Of a DNA stretch of 64,000 nucleotides, positions 25,394-35,769 are shown one piece after another. The notes under the pieces are model-generated. The model did no database searches. It was not told the origin of the DNA and saw only the letters and a list, made by a program, of their open reading frames with translations. The stretch is taken from contig JALNZW010000001.1 in the NCBI GenBank assembly GCA_023229115.1, positions 134,861-198,860 on the forward strand, read 5' to 3'. Numbering within the stretch: position 1 is the first letter of the stretch; each line of letters starts with the position of its first letter. A program made the position numbers and the translations under genes. This DNA is from Patescibacteria group bacterium. Lineage in GTDB: Bacteria; Patescibacteriota; Patescibacteriia; Patescibacteriales; UBA12465.

Positions 25394-26875
25394 ATGTTTG
25401 AAAAATCATTGGAAATTATAAGAAAAATTGAAGAAAACGGATTTGAGGCCTATTTGGTTGGTGGCTGTGTCCGTGATTTGTTAATGGCTAAAGAGCCTAA
25501 GGATTTTGATATTACCACTAATGCTTTACCAGAAGATGTCTTAAAGATTTTTGAAGATGCTCGTTATGAAAATGATTTTGGTACAGTTTTATTTCCAATT
25601 AGAGATGAAAATGGAAAAGCTGTTTCAGTTACGGAAATAACCACTTATCGCAGTGAGAGTGGTTATCGTGATCATCGCCGACCCGATGAGGTTGTTTTTG
25701 AAAAAGAATTAGATAAAGATTTATCTCGACGTGATTTCACGGTTAATGCCATGGCTTTATGTTTGCCGGGAAAAAATCAAGAAAAATATGATTCTAAAAA
25801 AATAGAAATAAATGATGAGGAATTTTATTTAGTAGATTTCTTTGGAGGACTTAAAGACATTAAATTAAAAATTATTAGAGCTGTTGGAGAACCTCTTGAT
25901 CGTTTTAAAGAGGATGCGCTTCGAATGATGAGAGCTGTTCGATTTTCTTGTCAGCTTAACTTTGATTTGGAACCAAAAACAGAAAGAGCAATTGTTAAGA
26001 TGGCTGGCAGTATAAAATTTATTGCTAAAGAAAGAATTAAAGATGAGTTAGTTAAAATCTTATCTTCAGATAAGGCCATGGAGGGGATTGAAAGATTAAG
26101 AAATTTAAAATTACTTCAATATATAATACCTGAACTTCTTTTGGGAGAAAAAATGGAGCAAAATCATCATCATGTTTATACTGTTTTAAAACATAGTTTA
26201 TTGTCTTTAAAATATTGTCCAAGTAAAAAGTGGCAAGTTCGTTTAGCCGCTCTTTTACATGATATTGGCAAGCCAGCTTCCATGAAAATAATTGATGGTG
26301 GTCGAACCTTTTATAATCATGAATATATTGGTGCCAAAATTACCAGAAAAATAATGGATAGACTTAAATTTTCTAGAGAAGACACGGAAATGGTTGTTAA
26401 CCTAGTAAAAAATCACATGTTTTATTATAATGTGGGAGAGGTTACGGCCGCCTCGGTTAGAAGACTTATTGCTAAAACCGGCAGAGAAAATTTGAGTGAT
26501 TTGATTGATTTAAGAGTGGCTGACAGATTAGGCTCTGGCACTCCCAAGGCTATGCCTTATAAACTTCGTCATTTACAATATATGATGGAAAAAGTTCAAA
26601 ACGATCCAGTTTCGGTTAAAATGTTAAAAGTAAATGGTGATATTATGATTTCCGAGTTAAAAATGGAACCAGGGCCAAAAATGGGTGCAATTTTAGATGT
26701 TTTATTGGCTGAGGTTTTAGAAAATCCAGAATTGAATGAAAAAGAAATTTTAATAAAAAGAGTTAAAGAGCTTGATAAATTAAATTTACAAGAATTGAGA
26801 GAAAAAGCGAAAGAGATTATAGAGGAAAAAAGAGATGAGGAAGATAAAAATATTAAAAGAAAATTTAAGGTTTAG
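25394..26875 (+). CDS. cca: CCA-adding tRNA nucleotidyltransferase with HD domain
   Basis: GGCVRDLLMAKEPKDFDITT, RRDFTVNAMA and HD motif LLHDIGKP; 493 aa. Confidence 0.9.
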   Translation: MFEKSLEIIRKIEENGFEAYLVGGCVRDLLMAKEPKDFDITTNALPEDVLKIFEDARYENDFGTVLFPIRDENGKAVSVTEITTYRSESGYRDHRRPDEVVFEKELDKDLSRRDFTVNAMALCLPGKNQEKYDSKKIEINDEEFYLVDFFGGLKDIKLKIIRAVGEPLDRFKEDALRMMRAVRFSCQLNFDLEPKTERAIVKMAGSIKFIAKERIKDELVKILSSDKAMEGIERLRNLKLLQYIIPELLLGEKMEQNHHHVYTVLKHSLLSLKYCPSKKWQVRLAALLHDIGKPASMKIIDGGRTFYNHEYIGAKITRKIMDRLKFSREDTEMVVNLVKNHMFYYNVGEVTAASVRRLIAKTGRENLSDLIDLRVADRLGSGTPKAMPYKLRHLQYMMEKVQNDPVSVKMLKVNGDIMISELKMEPGPKMGAILDVLLAEVLENPELNEKEILIKRVKELDKLNLQELREKAKEIIEEKRDEEDKNIKRKFKV

Positions 26876-27011
26876 TTTTTGTGTTTGTTGTCCCAGTGAG
26901 TAAAGTGTGAGGGAAGTGAATTTTATGTGACAAAAGATCAGATATAGAATAAATACTGAATAAATTTGCGAACTAAAAATTTAATTATAAATATAATTTA
27001 GAATAAAATAT

Positions 27012-27656
27012 ATGAAAAAGAGATTTTTAACTTTAATTTTAATCTTTCCTTTATTATTTATCTCTGCTTGTAGCCTAACCAAAGAAACAGAAAAAAACAA
27101 TGATCAAGAAAAATTTGAAGATGTTTTATCTAATAGAAATGTTAATCAAAGTATTTTGTCTACTAAATTAGGTTTGAAAATTGAATATTATTCTGATTCT
27201 AACAATGAAATTTTTTCAAAAGAAGAAGGTAATAAAATTTATTTTTGGAATGAATTTCAAAAACAAAGCATAGAGGTTTTTGTTAAAGATAAGAATGTTT
27301 CATTTGAGGATTCTGTTGTTTATCAATTTTTAAATAGCGAATTTTATAAAAATAATTGCTTTGTCGATGTCTTTGAAGATAATATTAACTATAAAAAAGC
27401 AATTATTAATTTTAGAAATCAAAATCCATCAGGGGAATGTATTAGTGGTGACCCATCTCCAACATGTGATTCTTGTCCTGAGGTTTATAGTAAAAAAAAT
27501 GCGTCTGATTATTTTATTTATTATAAAAATAATCCAAATAAATATTTTTACATATCTTTAGGTCAAGAATCTTTAATGGGCAGTGAATTTAATCTTTGGT
27601 ATGGTAATGATGATTCAAGAGAGTGGTTTAATAATATAATGTTTATTGATTTATAA
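27012..27656 (+). CDS. Lipoprotein, unknown function
   Basis: Signal peptide with lipobox LFISAC; 214 aa. Confidence 0.6.
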   Translation: MKKRFLTLILIFPLLFISACSLTKETEKNNDQEKFEDVLSNRNVNQSILSTKLGLKIEYYSDSNNEIFSKEEGNKIYFWNEFQKQSIEVFVKDKNVSFEDSVVYQFLNSEFYKNNCFVDVFEDNINYKKAIINFRNQNPSGECISGDPSPTCDSCPEVYSKKNASDYFIYYKNNPNKYFYISLGQESLMGSEFNLWYGNDDSREWFNNIMFIDL

Positions 27657-27727
27657 TTAATTATAACTAGATATCAGTTTTTACTACTTAGAACGTGCGA
27701 TAACTGGTATAACAAGTTAAATAAAAT

Positions 27728-28429
27728 ATGAGTAAAAAAATACTTATTTCAGTTATTTTGTTTTCATCAATTCTGTTTTTATCTGCTTGTAGTAAACAAG
27801 AACCAAAAAGAATTGATTATAGTCAAAATTTAAATAAAAACAATAATTTAATAATTAATAATCAAAAAGATATGATTAAATTAAATAAAGAAGAAATGAT
27901 AAATAGAGATATTTTAAAGAAATATTCTCAAGCTGAGTTTCAAACCAGCGAAGGTAATTTCACTATTGAATTTTTTAATGAAAAAATGCCAGAAACTGTA
28001 GCCAATTTTTTAAACTTAGCTGAAAATGGTTATTTTGATGGGATTAAATTTCATAGAGTGATTGCTGATTTTATGATTCAAGGTGGAGATCCATTAACTA
28101 AAGATAATTCTATGGTAGCTATGTGGGGAACTGGTGGACCTGGCTATGCGATTACTGATGAGCATGTAGCTGATTCAGAGCTTAGCAATTTAAGAGGCAC
28201 TATTTCGATGGCTAACTCTGGTCCAAATTCCGGTGGTTCTCAATTTTTTATTAACGTTAAAGATAATACTTTTTTAGATTTTGATAAAGAGCCACTTTCA
28301 AGTAAGCATCCAGTTTTTGGAAAAATAATTTCAGGCATGAATATAGTTGATAAAATTTCTCTAGTTGATACTGATGGAAGTGATAGGCCAATGAAAGATG
28401 TGGTCATTGAAAAGATTGTTTTAAAATAA
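27728..28429 (+). CDS. Cyclophilin-type peptidyl-prolyl isomerase, lipoprotein form
   Basis: Lipobox FLSAC, then FHRVIADFMIQGGDP and SMANSGPNSGGSQFFI cyclophilin motifs. Confidence 0.9.
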   Translation: MSKKILISVILFSSILFLSACSKQEPKRIDYSQNLNKNNNLIINNQKDMIKLNKEEMINRDILKKYSQAEFQTSEGNFTIEFFNEKMPETVANFLNLAENGYFDGIKFHRVIADFMIQGGDPLTKDNSMVAMWGTGGPGYAITDEHVADSELSNLRGTISMANSGPNSGGSQFFINVKDNTFLDFDKEPLSSKHPVFGKIISGMNIVDKISLVDTDGSDRPMKDVVIEKIVLK

Positions 28430-28433
28430 ATAT

Positions 28434-29588
28434 ATGGTAAACATTTATATAGATAATGCCGCTACCACTAAGATAGACAAAAGAGTGTTGAAAAAGATGA
28501 TACCTTATTTTGAAAATAAGTATGGCAACGCTTCTTCGATTCATTTTATGGGTCAGGAGAATGATTTAAAAATTACTGAATGTAAAAAAGAAATAGCTCA
28601 AATAATAAACGGAAATCAAAATAATATAGTTTTTACTTCTAGTGCTACTGAGGCTAATAATTTGATAATTAAAGGAGTGATGAGAGCTAATCGTGATAAA
28701 GGTAATCATTTTTTGATTTCAGCTATTGAACATCCTTGTGTTTTATCTTCGGCTCGTGAGCTTTTGGATGAAGGTTTTAAATTTGACTATATTCCAGTTG
28801 ATAAAAATGGAGTAATAATTTTGGATGAGCTTAAGAAAAAAATAAAACCAGAAACAGTTCTTATTTCTGTTATGACAGTTAATAATGAGATTGGTTCTAT
28901 TCAGCCGATAGCTGAAATTGGCAAAATTGCTAGGGAAAAAAATATTTATTTTCACACTGACGCCGTTCAAGCTGTGCCATATTTAAAAATTGATATTAAA
29001 AAATGGCAAGTTGATTTTTTGAGTTTATCAGCTCATAAATTTTATGGCCCTCAAGGGGCTGGCTTGGCTTATATTAATAAAGATATAAAAATAAAACCAA
29101 TTATTGTTGGTGGGGGGCAAGAAGATGGGCTGAGATCAGGAACCTATAATATGGCTGGAATTGTTGGCTTAACTGAAGCTTTTAAGTTGGCTTATAAAGA
29201 AAGAGATAGCTACCTAAAAGAAGTAAGGGAAGTTAGAGATTATTTTTGGAAGGAATTGAAGAAAAATATTAAAAATATTCGAATAAATGGAGATTTGAAA
29301 TACAAAACACCGAACAGTTTAAATGTTATGTTTGAAGGAATAGAGGGAGAGGCAATTTTAATTGATTTGTCACTCAAGGGAATTCATGTTTCAACTGGAT
29401 CAGCTTGTTCTGCGCAAAATCTAAGAGTTTCTTCAGTAATTAAAGCTATTGGGGTAAGTGATGAATATATGAACAGTAATGTTCGCTTTACTTTCGGTAG
29501 ATATAATAAGAAAAAAGAAATAGGCAGAGTTGTAAAAGAATTAGTAAAAACAGTTGATCGTCTCAGAAAATTTAGTTCTATAAAATAA
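28434..29588 (+). CDS. Cysteine desulfurase (NifS/IscS class)
   Basis: SAHKFYGPQGAGLAY (PLP Lys) and HVSTGSACS (active Cys loop); 384 aa. Confidence 0.9.
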   Translation: MVNIYIDNAATTKIDKRVLKKMIPYFENKYGNASSIHFMGQENDLKITECKKEIAQIINGNQNNIVFTSSATEANNLIIKGVMRANRDKGNHFLISAIEHPCVLSSARELLDEGFKFDYIPVDKNGVIILDELKKKIKPETVLISVMTVNNEIGSIQPIAEIGKIAREKNIYFHTDAVQAVPYLKIDIKKWQVDFLSLSAHKFYGPQGAGLAYINKDIKIKPIIVGGGQEDGLRSGTYNMAGIVGLTEAFKLAYKERDSYLKEVREVRDYFWKELKKNIKNIRINGDLKYKTPNSLNVMFEGIEGEAILIDLSLKGIHVSTGSACSAQNLRVSSVIKAIGVSDEYMNSNVRFTFGRYNKKKEIGRVVKELVKTVDRLRKFSSIK

Positions 29589-29593
29589 AAAAA

Positions 29594-29619
29594 GGGATTG
29601 CTGATGTTTTAGCAATCCC
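29594..29619 (+). terminator. Strong hairpin after the desulfurase gene (no clear U-tract)
   Basis: A 9-bp stem, GGGATTGCT pairing with AGCAATCCC, with an 8-nt loop. The downstream sequence is not T-rich. Confidence 0.35.
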
Positions 29620-29680
29620 GATGAGTGTTTGATACATCGTGTTGTTTTGTCAAATAAAAATTATAAATTAATTAAAATAT

Positions 29681-30163
29681 ATGTCATTAAATTATAGTAA
29701 AAAAACATTAAAACATTTTCGCCAACCAAAAAATATTGGTGAAATAAAAAATCCTGATGCCATGGCTGAAGTTGGCAATATGGTTTGCGGTGATCAATTA
29801 TTTTTTACTTTAAAAGTTAAAGATCAAAAGATTAAAGATATAAAATTTTTGTCTTTTGGTTGCGCTTCTAATATTGCTACCGCTTCAGTCATGACTGAAA
29901 TGGTTAAGGGCAAAAAGATAGAAGATGCTAAAAATTTTGATTGGAATAAAATAGTTGCCGAGCTAGAAGGTTTACCAAAACAAAAAGTTCATTGTTCTGT
30001 TTTGGCAGTGGAGGGTCTTAAGAAAGTTATTGCTGAATATGAGAAAACAAACAAAAAAGTAAGTCCTGTTGATAAAAAATCAGTAAAAAAAATAATTAAA
30101 AAAAAGTCTGTCAGTAAGGAAAAAAATAAAATAGTTAAAAAGAAAAAAACATCTAAAAAATAA
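29681..30163 (+). CDS. IscU/NifU-like Fe-S scaffold with lysine-rich C-terminal tail
   Basis: VCGDQ, FGCASNIA and HCSVLA, the three scaffold Cys contexts. The last ~45 aa are K-rich. Confidence 0.85.
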   Translation: MSLNYSKKTLKHFRQPKNIGEIKNPDAMAEVGNMVCGDQLFFTLKVKDQKIKDIKFLSFGCASNIATASVMTEMVKGKKIEDAKNFDWNKIVAELEGLPKQKVHCSVLAVEGLKKVIAEYEKTNKKVSPVDKKSVKKIIKKKSVSKEKNKIVKKKKTSKK

Positions 30164-30171
30164 AACTTTTT

Positions 30172-30945
30172 ATGAATAATATTTACATTTATATAATCAT
30201 TGCTTCTTTTATTACTTCTTTGTTTTCGTTGTTTGGTGTTTTTTTCTTGAGCCTATCTCTTGGTAGGTTAAAAAAAATAGTCATGTTTCTGGTTAGTTTA
30301 TCGGCTGGAGCTCTCTTGGGGGATGCTTTTTTACATTTACTTCCAGAAATTTTAGAAAAATCTCATCAAGCCGGTCAAGATCATAATGAATTTATTTGGT
30401 TTGGGGTTTTGGGTGGAATTATCTTATTTTTTGTATTAGAAAAAATAATACATTGGAGACACTGTCATATTCCGACATCAGAAGAACATGTTCATCCAGT
30501 TGGTAAAATGAATCTGATTGGTGATGCCTTGCACAATTTGATTGATGGCATGATTATTGCTGGTGCCTTTTTATTGGATGTTAATTTGGGCATAATTACT
30601 ACTTTTGCTGTTATTAGTCACGAAATACCTCAGGAAATAGGTGATTTTGGTGTTTTAATTCATGCTGGTTATAAAGTAAAAAAAGCCTTGTTGTTTAATT
30701 TTTTATCAGGTTTATTTTCGTTGTTAGGGGCTGTGTTGGCTGTAATTTTTAGTTTTTATTCTGAGAGTTTTATAGATTTCATAATTCCAATAACTGCTGG
30801 AGGTTTTATTTATATTGCCTCATCAGACCTTATTCCTGAATTAAAAAAAGAATGCTCCTTTAGCAAGAGTCTTGGTCAATTGGGTGGTATTTTTTTAGGT
30901 TTAGGCTTTATGGTTTTGATAAAATTTTTATTTCATTTTCACTAA
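30172..30945 (+). CDS. ZIP-family metal (zinc) transporter
   Basis: Multi-TM protein with HEIPQEIGDFGVL and HNLIDG motifs as in ZupT/ZIP. Confidence 0.8.
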   Translation: MNNIYIYIIIASFITSLFSLFGVFFLSLSLGRLKKIVMFLVSLSAGALLGDAFLHLLPEILEKSHQAGQDHNEFIWFGVLGGIILFFVLEKIIHWRHCHIPTSEEHVHPVGKMNLIGDALHNLIDGMIIAGAFLLDVNLGIITTFAVISHEIPQEIGDFGVLIHAGYKVKKALLFNFLSGLFSLLGAVLAVIFSFYSESFIDFIIPITAGGFIYIASSDLIPELKKECSFSKSLGQLGGIFLGLGFMVLIKFLFHFH

Positions 30946-30951
30946 TATAAA

Positions 30952-32052
30952 ATGCTAGGAAGAATTAAAGAACATTTTTTAAGATTTGACTGGATTATTT
31001 TTTCAGCTGTTTTTTTGTTGTCACTTTTTGGTCTAATAGAGATATATAGCATTGCTCTTGGACAAGAAACGATTAGTTTGATTAATTTTAAAAAACAAAT
31101 ATTTTATGTTATTCTTGGGATTATTTTATTTTTTGCAACTTCCTTTGTTGATTATAATTTGATCAAAAGTCTCAATAAGTATATTTATGTTTTTGGAATA
31201 ATAATTTTAATAGCTGTTTTGTTTTTAGGTAAAACTGTTAGAGGAACAACTGGTTGGTTTGATATTTTTGGTTTTAGATTACAACCAGTAGAATTTGTTA
31301 AGATAATACTTATAATTTTTCTGTCTAGTTTTTTTTCTAATACAGTTTTTAAGAGTAGGCCTTTTAAAATGTTAAGCCTTTCTTTCTTGGGTTCTTTTTC
31401 TTTGGTTTTTTTAGTTTTACTTCAGCCAGATTTTGGCCCTTCAATGATTATGATGGCCTTATGGTTTGTTATGCTTATTTTAGCTGGAATGGATAAAAAA
31501 TATTTACTTTTGATTATTATTCCTTTTTTTCTTTTATCTTTTTTGTCTTGGAATTTTTATTTGAAAGATTATCAAAAAAATAGAATATTAACACTTCTTA
31601 ATCCAACTGCTGATTCTTTGGGAGAGGGGTACAATGTTTCTCAAGCTTTAATTGCTGTTGGTTCGGGTGGTCTTACTGGTCGGGGGGTTGGATTTGGATC
31701 TCAGTCTCAGTTAAAATTTTTACCTGAAGCTCAAAATGATTTTATTTTTTCAGTTATATCAGAAGAATTAGGATTTTTGGGCGCTAGCTTAGTTCTTTTT
31801 ATTTACTTTATTTTATTTGCTAGATTGTTAGTTTTAATTAAAAAAATGAATGATGATTTTGCCATTTTTTTTGTCTTGGGAGCCTTGGTCTTGATTTTTA
31901 TTCAAATGTTTATTAATATTGGTATGAATGTTGGAGTTATGCCCGTCGTGGGTATATCACTCCCATTTGTTAGCTATGGTGGCAGTGCTACTTTAGCTAG
32001 TTTTATTTTGATAGGTATAGTTCAAAATATAATCATTAAATCAAAATCATAA
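30952..32052 (+). CDS. SEDS-family protein (FtsW/RodA)
   Basis: Ten-TM pattern with QPVEFVK, LQPDFGP, LPEAQNDFIFSVISEELGF and PFVSYGGS. Confidence 0.9.
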   Translation: MLGRIKEHFLRFDWIIFSAVFLLSLFGLIEIYSIALGQETISLINFKKQIFYVILGIILFFATSFVDYNLIKSLNKYIYVFGIIILIAVLFLGKTVRGTTGWFDIFGFRLQPVEFVKIILIIFLSSFFSNTVFKSRPFKMLSLSFLGSFSLVFLVLLQPDFGPSMIMMALWFVMLILAGMDKKYLLLIIIPFFLLSFLSWNFYLKDYQKNRILTLLNPTADSLGEGYNVSQALIAVGSGGLTGRGVGFGSQSQLKFLPEAQNDFIFSVISEELGFLGASLVLFIYFILFARLLVLIKKMNDDFAIFFVLGALVLIFIQMFINIGMNVGVMPVVGISLPFVSYGGSATLASFILIGIVQNIIIKSKS

Positions 32053-32103
32053 AATTAAAAATTAAAGCTAGATTTAAAAGCTTTTATTATTAAATTAAAA
32101 TAT

Positions 32104-32715
32104 ATGGATATTAAACTAAAGGCAGAAAAAAGAAATCAAGGTGAAAAATTAGAAAAAGAATTTGTTGCTGGAGTTCTTTATGGTTTGGGTGTGGAAAACA
32201 AAACTTTAAAACTTAAAGCTAATGAATTTTCAAAAGTTTATTCTTCTGCTGGAGAATCTAATTTAATTAAATTAGAAATTGATGGTGAGGAAAAAAATGT
32301 TTTGATTAAAGAAATACAAAAAGACCCGATTAAAAACTTTATTACTCATGTTGATTTTTATCAAGTTGACATGAAAAGAGTTGTATCAGCTGAAATTCCT
32401 TTGAAATTTATTGGGGAATCTAGAGCTATGAAAGAATTGGGAGGTTTATTGGTTAAAAATTTAGATGAATTATCAGTTGAATGTTTGCCGGGTGACTTGC
32501 TTGACCATATAACAGTTGATATTTCTGTGATTCAAGAACTTGGACAAGCTATTTATGTTAAGGATATTAAAGTCCCTGCTAGTTTTAAAATTTTTAACAA
32601 CCCTGAAGACTCAGTTGTTACTGTGATTGAACCTAGAGAAGAGGCTGTTGTTGAGGAGAAGCCAGTAGAAGAAGTTCCTGTGGCAGACAAGAAAGAAGAG
32701 AAAAAAGCTGAATAA
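32104..32715 (+). CDS. rplY: 50S ribosomal protein L25 (Ctc form)
   Basis: L25/Ctc N-terminal and beta-barrel domains with an acidic tail; 203 aa. Confidence 0.85.
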   Translation: MDIKLKAEKRNQGEKLEKEFVAGVLYGLGVENKTLKLKANEFSKVYSSAGESNLIKLEIDGEEKNVLIKEIQKDPIKNFITHVDFYQVDMKRVVSAEIPLKFIGESRAMKELGGLLVKNLDELSVECLPGDLLDHITVDISVIQELGQAIYVKDIKVPASFKIFNNPEDSVVTVIEPREEAVVEEKPVEEVPVADKKEEKKAE

Positions 32716-32737
32716 TTTTCAAAAAAATAAAAAAAAT

Positions 32738-34648
32738 ATGCTAAGATTTAAAGCCAAGCAAAAAGTATGGGCCATTTTCTTAGCGTTTTTTTTATTATTA
32801 AATTTCAATTTTGTATCTGCTCAAAATTTTTCAGCTCCGAATGATGAATATTATAAAAACCAATGGTATTTAAAAAAAATTGGAGCCGCCTATACTTGGA
32901 GTTATGAACTTAGGGGTGAAGCTCCTGTTATAGCTGTTATTGATTCGGGAATTGATATTGATCATCCTGATTTATACAAGAACATCTGGATTAATGATTC
33001 AGAGTTTGAAAATGGTCTAGATGATGATCGAAATGGTTTTATAGATGATGTTTTTGGTTGGAATTTTGTTGAGAATATACCCAACCCTCGTCCTTTGCTT
33101 TCTTCTACTTCTAACGATGATGGTTTAAATCATGGGACGATGATTGCTGGTATTATAGCGGCTAATACTAACAATGGCTTGGGAATAAGTGGAATTGCTA
33201 ATAAATCTAAAATAATGGCCTTGAGGGCTTTAAATGAAAAAGGAGAGGGGAAAATTAATGATGTTGTTAGGGCTATTGATTATGCCGTGAATAATGGAGC
33301 TAATATTATAAATTTAAGTTTTTCTGGGTCTGATTATAATCAAGGATTTGAGGATGCTATTAAAAGAGCTTCTCGTGCTGGTGTTATAATTGTTTCGGCT
33401 GTTGGTAATGATAATTTTAATTTAAATAAAAATTCTAGTTACCCGGCTTGTTTTGATTTTTATGATTCTTCTAATTTGGTTTTGGGGGTATCAGCTTTAG
33501 ATTCCATGGATCAGAAAACTGATTTTTCTTCTTATGGCTCTAGATGCGTTGATATTTCTGCTCCTGGTATTAGTTTTTTTTCTACCTCTTTTTATGATTC
33601 CGAGAATGATAAATATTTAGAATATCAGGGTTATTGGTCAGGAACTTCGATGGCTTCGGCTGTTGTTAGTGGTACTCTAGGTTTGATTAAACAAATAAAT
33701 CCAAAATTAAATCAAGAAGAATTATTGGAAATTCTTTTAAAAAGTTCTGATAATATAAATATTCTTAATAGTTCTTTTGATAATCAATTAGGGATTGGCA
33801 GAGTTAATGCTCTTTATTCAGCTAGATGGGCTGATGAAAAATGGCAGAATTTAACAGGTATGTTTTTACTTTATCCATACAGCGAAGTAAAAAATTATCA
33901 ATCAGAAAAAAATTTTTATTCTTTAAGTTTTAGTAATTATAAGGGTAAAATTTTAAATAATTTTAGTATTTATGATGACGCTTTTCGTGGAGGAGTCAAT
34001 GTAGCTGTTGGTGACATTGATGGTGACGGAATTTCTGAAATAGTAACCGGAGCAGGTGTTGGTGGTGGCCCTCATGTTAAAATTTTTGATGTAAAAGGAA
34101 ATTTAAAAGGTCAGTTTTTTGCTTATGATGAAAAATTTCGTGGAGGAGCCAATGTAGCTGTTGGTGATATTGATGGTGACGGAATTTCTGAAATAGTAAC
34201 CGGAGCAGGTGTTGGTGGTGGTCCTCATGTTAGAATTTTTGACAATCAAGCCAAATTAAAGGGTCAATTTTTTGCTTATGAGAATGATTTTTATGGTGGA
34301 ATCAAGGTGGCAGTAGCTAATCTTTATGGTCAAAAAACTAAAAATAAAAAAGAAATTATAATATCACCTGGTGCTGGTCGTTTATCGGAAATTAAAATTT
34401 TTGATAATTTTGGGAAGGAAAGAAAAAAAATAATGGCTTATGGAGAAAATTTTAAAGGTGGTGTTAATTTATCAATTGGTGATTTGAACAAGGATGGGAT
34501 AGATGAAATAATCTGTGGTGCTGGACCAGGAGGAGCTCCTCATGTTAGAGCTTTCAATGTTAAGGGTGAATTGCTTTCTTCTTTTTATGCTTTTGATGAA
34601 AGTTTTTTGGGCGGAGTGTCAGTGGCCTATATTGAAACTTATAATTGA
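32738..34648 (+). CDS. Secreted subtilisin-like (S8) peptidase with C-terminal FG-GAP/VCBS repeats
   Basis: Signal peptide. The catalytic contexts are VIDSGIDIDHPDL (Asp), HGTMIAGIIAA (His) and GTSMASAVVSG (Ser). The C-terminal half has 4 repeats of VAVGDIDGDGISEIVTGAG.GGGPHV.IFD. Confidence 0.85.
   Translation: MLRFKAKQKVWAIFLAFFLLLNFNFVSAQNFSAPNDEYYKNQWYLKKIGAAYTWSYELRGEAPVIAVIDSGIDIDHPDLYKNIWINDSEFENGLDDDRNGFIDDVFGWNFVENIPNPRPLLSSTSNDDGLNHGTMIAGIIAANTNNGLGISGIANKSKIMALRALNEKGEGKINDVVRAIDYAVNNGANIINLSFSGSDYNQGFEDAIKRASRAGVIIVSAVGNDNFNLNKNSSYPACFDFYDSSNLVLGVSALDSMDQKTDFSSYGSRCVDISAPGISFFSTSFYDSENDKYLEYQGYWSGTSMASAVVSGTLGLIKQINPKLNQEELLEILLKSSDNINILNSSFDNQLGIGRVNALYSARWADEKWQNLTGMFLLYPYSEVKNYQSEKNFYSLSFSNYKGKILNNFSIYDDAFRGGVNVAVGDIDGDGISEIVTGAGVGGGPHVKIFDVKGNLKGQFFAYDEKFRGGANVAVGDIDGDGISEIVTGAGVGGGPHVRIFDNQAKLKGQFFAYENDFYGGIKVAVANLYGQKTKNKKEIIISPGAGRLSEIKIFDNFGKERKKIMAYGENFKGGVNLSIGDLNKDGIDEIICGAGPGGAPHVRAFNVKGELLSSFYAFDESFLGGVSVAYIETYN
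33984..34243 (+). repeat. Near-identical tandem duplication (period 153 nt) inside the FG-GAP region
   Basis: Positions 33984-34090 versus 34137-34243 differ at about 5 of 107 positions by my count. Confidence 0.8.
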
Positions 34649-34700
34649 TTTTATTTCAAAAAAATTGTATAATTGTCTTGTTAATAATTAATATTTTTTT

Positions 34701-35729
34701 ATGTCTCCAGTAATTTTTGATAAAAAGAATATATTAGTTCTAGGCGGTGCCGGCTTTATTGGTTCCAACTTATGCGATGAGCTTATTAAAGATAATAAAG
34801 TTATTTGTGTCGATAATTTTTGTAGTAGTAATGTCAAAAATATTGAGCATCTTTTGTCTAATAGAGATTTTGTTTTTATAAATCATGATTTAACAGAAGA
34901 GTTAGATTTAGAAAACATGCCTGAGTTAAATAAATTTAAAATTTCTTTTCAGGGTGTTCAGGAAATTTATAATTTAGCCTGTCCAATGTCTCCTAGAAAT
35001 TTTGATCAAAACAAGCAAAAAATAGTTTTATCTAATTCTTCAGTTATTAAAAATGCTTTAAATATTGCCTTAAAATACAAATCTAGTTTTTTACAATTTT
35101 CTTCTTCGGTTGTTTATGGTTTGCGTGAGGATAGCTCAGACAAAAGTAAGGTTAAGGAGGAATTTATTGGAAATGTTAATTTTTTGAGTGAAAGAGCTTG
35201 TTATGATGAAGGAAAAAGATTTGCCGAAACAATGGTTAATACTTACAGAGAGGTTTTTGGCTTGGATGCTAAAATTATAAGATTATTTAGAACTTACGGA
35301 CCAAGAATGGCGCTAAGAGATGATCAGATGTTACCTGACTTTGTTAATAATGCTTTAAATGGTGACGATATAGTTATTTTTGGTGATGAAAGTTTTTCTT
35401 CTTCTCTTTGCTATGTAGATGACATGATTGACGCTGCTATTAAGGTGATGCGATCTGATATGTCTGGACCTTATAATGTTGGTTGCGAATCTGATGTTAA
35501 GTTGTATGACGTGGCCAAAATGATTGTTGATTTTACTAATTCTAAATCAAAAATTGTTTTTGAACCAAGCAAACTTTTCATGTCTCAATTGTTTATACCA
35601 GATACTTATAAGATTAGAAATCATTTTGGTTGGATGCCAGTTGTAACCCTAGAAAATGGTTTAAAGAAAACAATTCTTGATTTACAGGCCAATAAACAGA
35701 TGAGAACGATAGGATTGAATGGTTTTTAA
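34701..35729 (+). CDS. NAD-dependent sugar-nucleotide epimerase/dehydratase (UDP-glucuronate decarboxylase-like)
   Basis: VLGGAGFIGSNL Rossmann motif and YDEGKRFAETM (YxxxK) as in the UXS/extended SDR family. Confidence 0.8.
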   Translation: MSPVIFDKKNILVLGGAGFIGSNLCDELIKDNKVICVDNFCSSNVKNIEHLLSNRDFVFINHDLTEELDLENMPELNKFKISFQGVQEIYNLACPMSPRNFDQNKQKIVLSNSSVIKNALNIALKYKSSFLQFSSSVVYGLREDSSDKSKVKEEFIGNVNFLSERACYDEGKRFAETMVNTYREVFGLDAKIIRLFRTYGPRMALRDDQMLPDFVNNALNGDDIVIFGDESFSSSLCYVDDMIDAAIKVMRSDMSGPYNVGCESDVKLYDVAKMIVDFTNSKSKIVFEPSKLFMSQLFIPDTYKIRNHFGWMPVVTLENGLKKTILDLQANKQMRTIGLNGF

Positions 35730-35734
35730 GTTTC

Positions 35735-35763
35735 TTGTCTTTTAAATTAAATTGTTGTATAAT
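35735..35763 (+). promoter_or_regulatory. Promoter for the thrS leader (TTGTCT-17-TATAAT)
   Basis: TTGTCT at 35735-35740, a 17-nt spacer, and TATAAT at 35758-35763. Confidence 0.5.
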
Positions 35764-35769
35764 AATATT

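Noticed and set aside
26876-27011. A G-richer intergenic stretch after cca (GTGTTTGTTGTCCCAGTGAGTAAAGTGTGAGGGAAGTG...), considered as a possible sRNA or riboswitch.
   Set aside because: I could find only 4-bp complementary segments and no terminator or known riboswitch core. The evidence is insufficient.
30040-30163. The lysine-rich C-terminal tail of the IscU-like scaffold, considered as a functional nucleic-acid-binding extension.
   Set aside because: A/T-biased genomes commonly accrete K-rich tails. There is no structured motif, so this is noted in the feature only.
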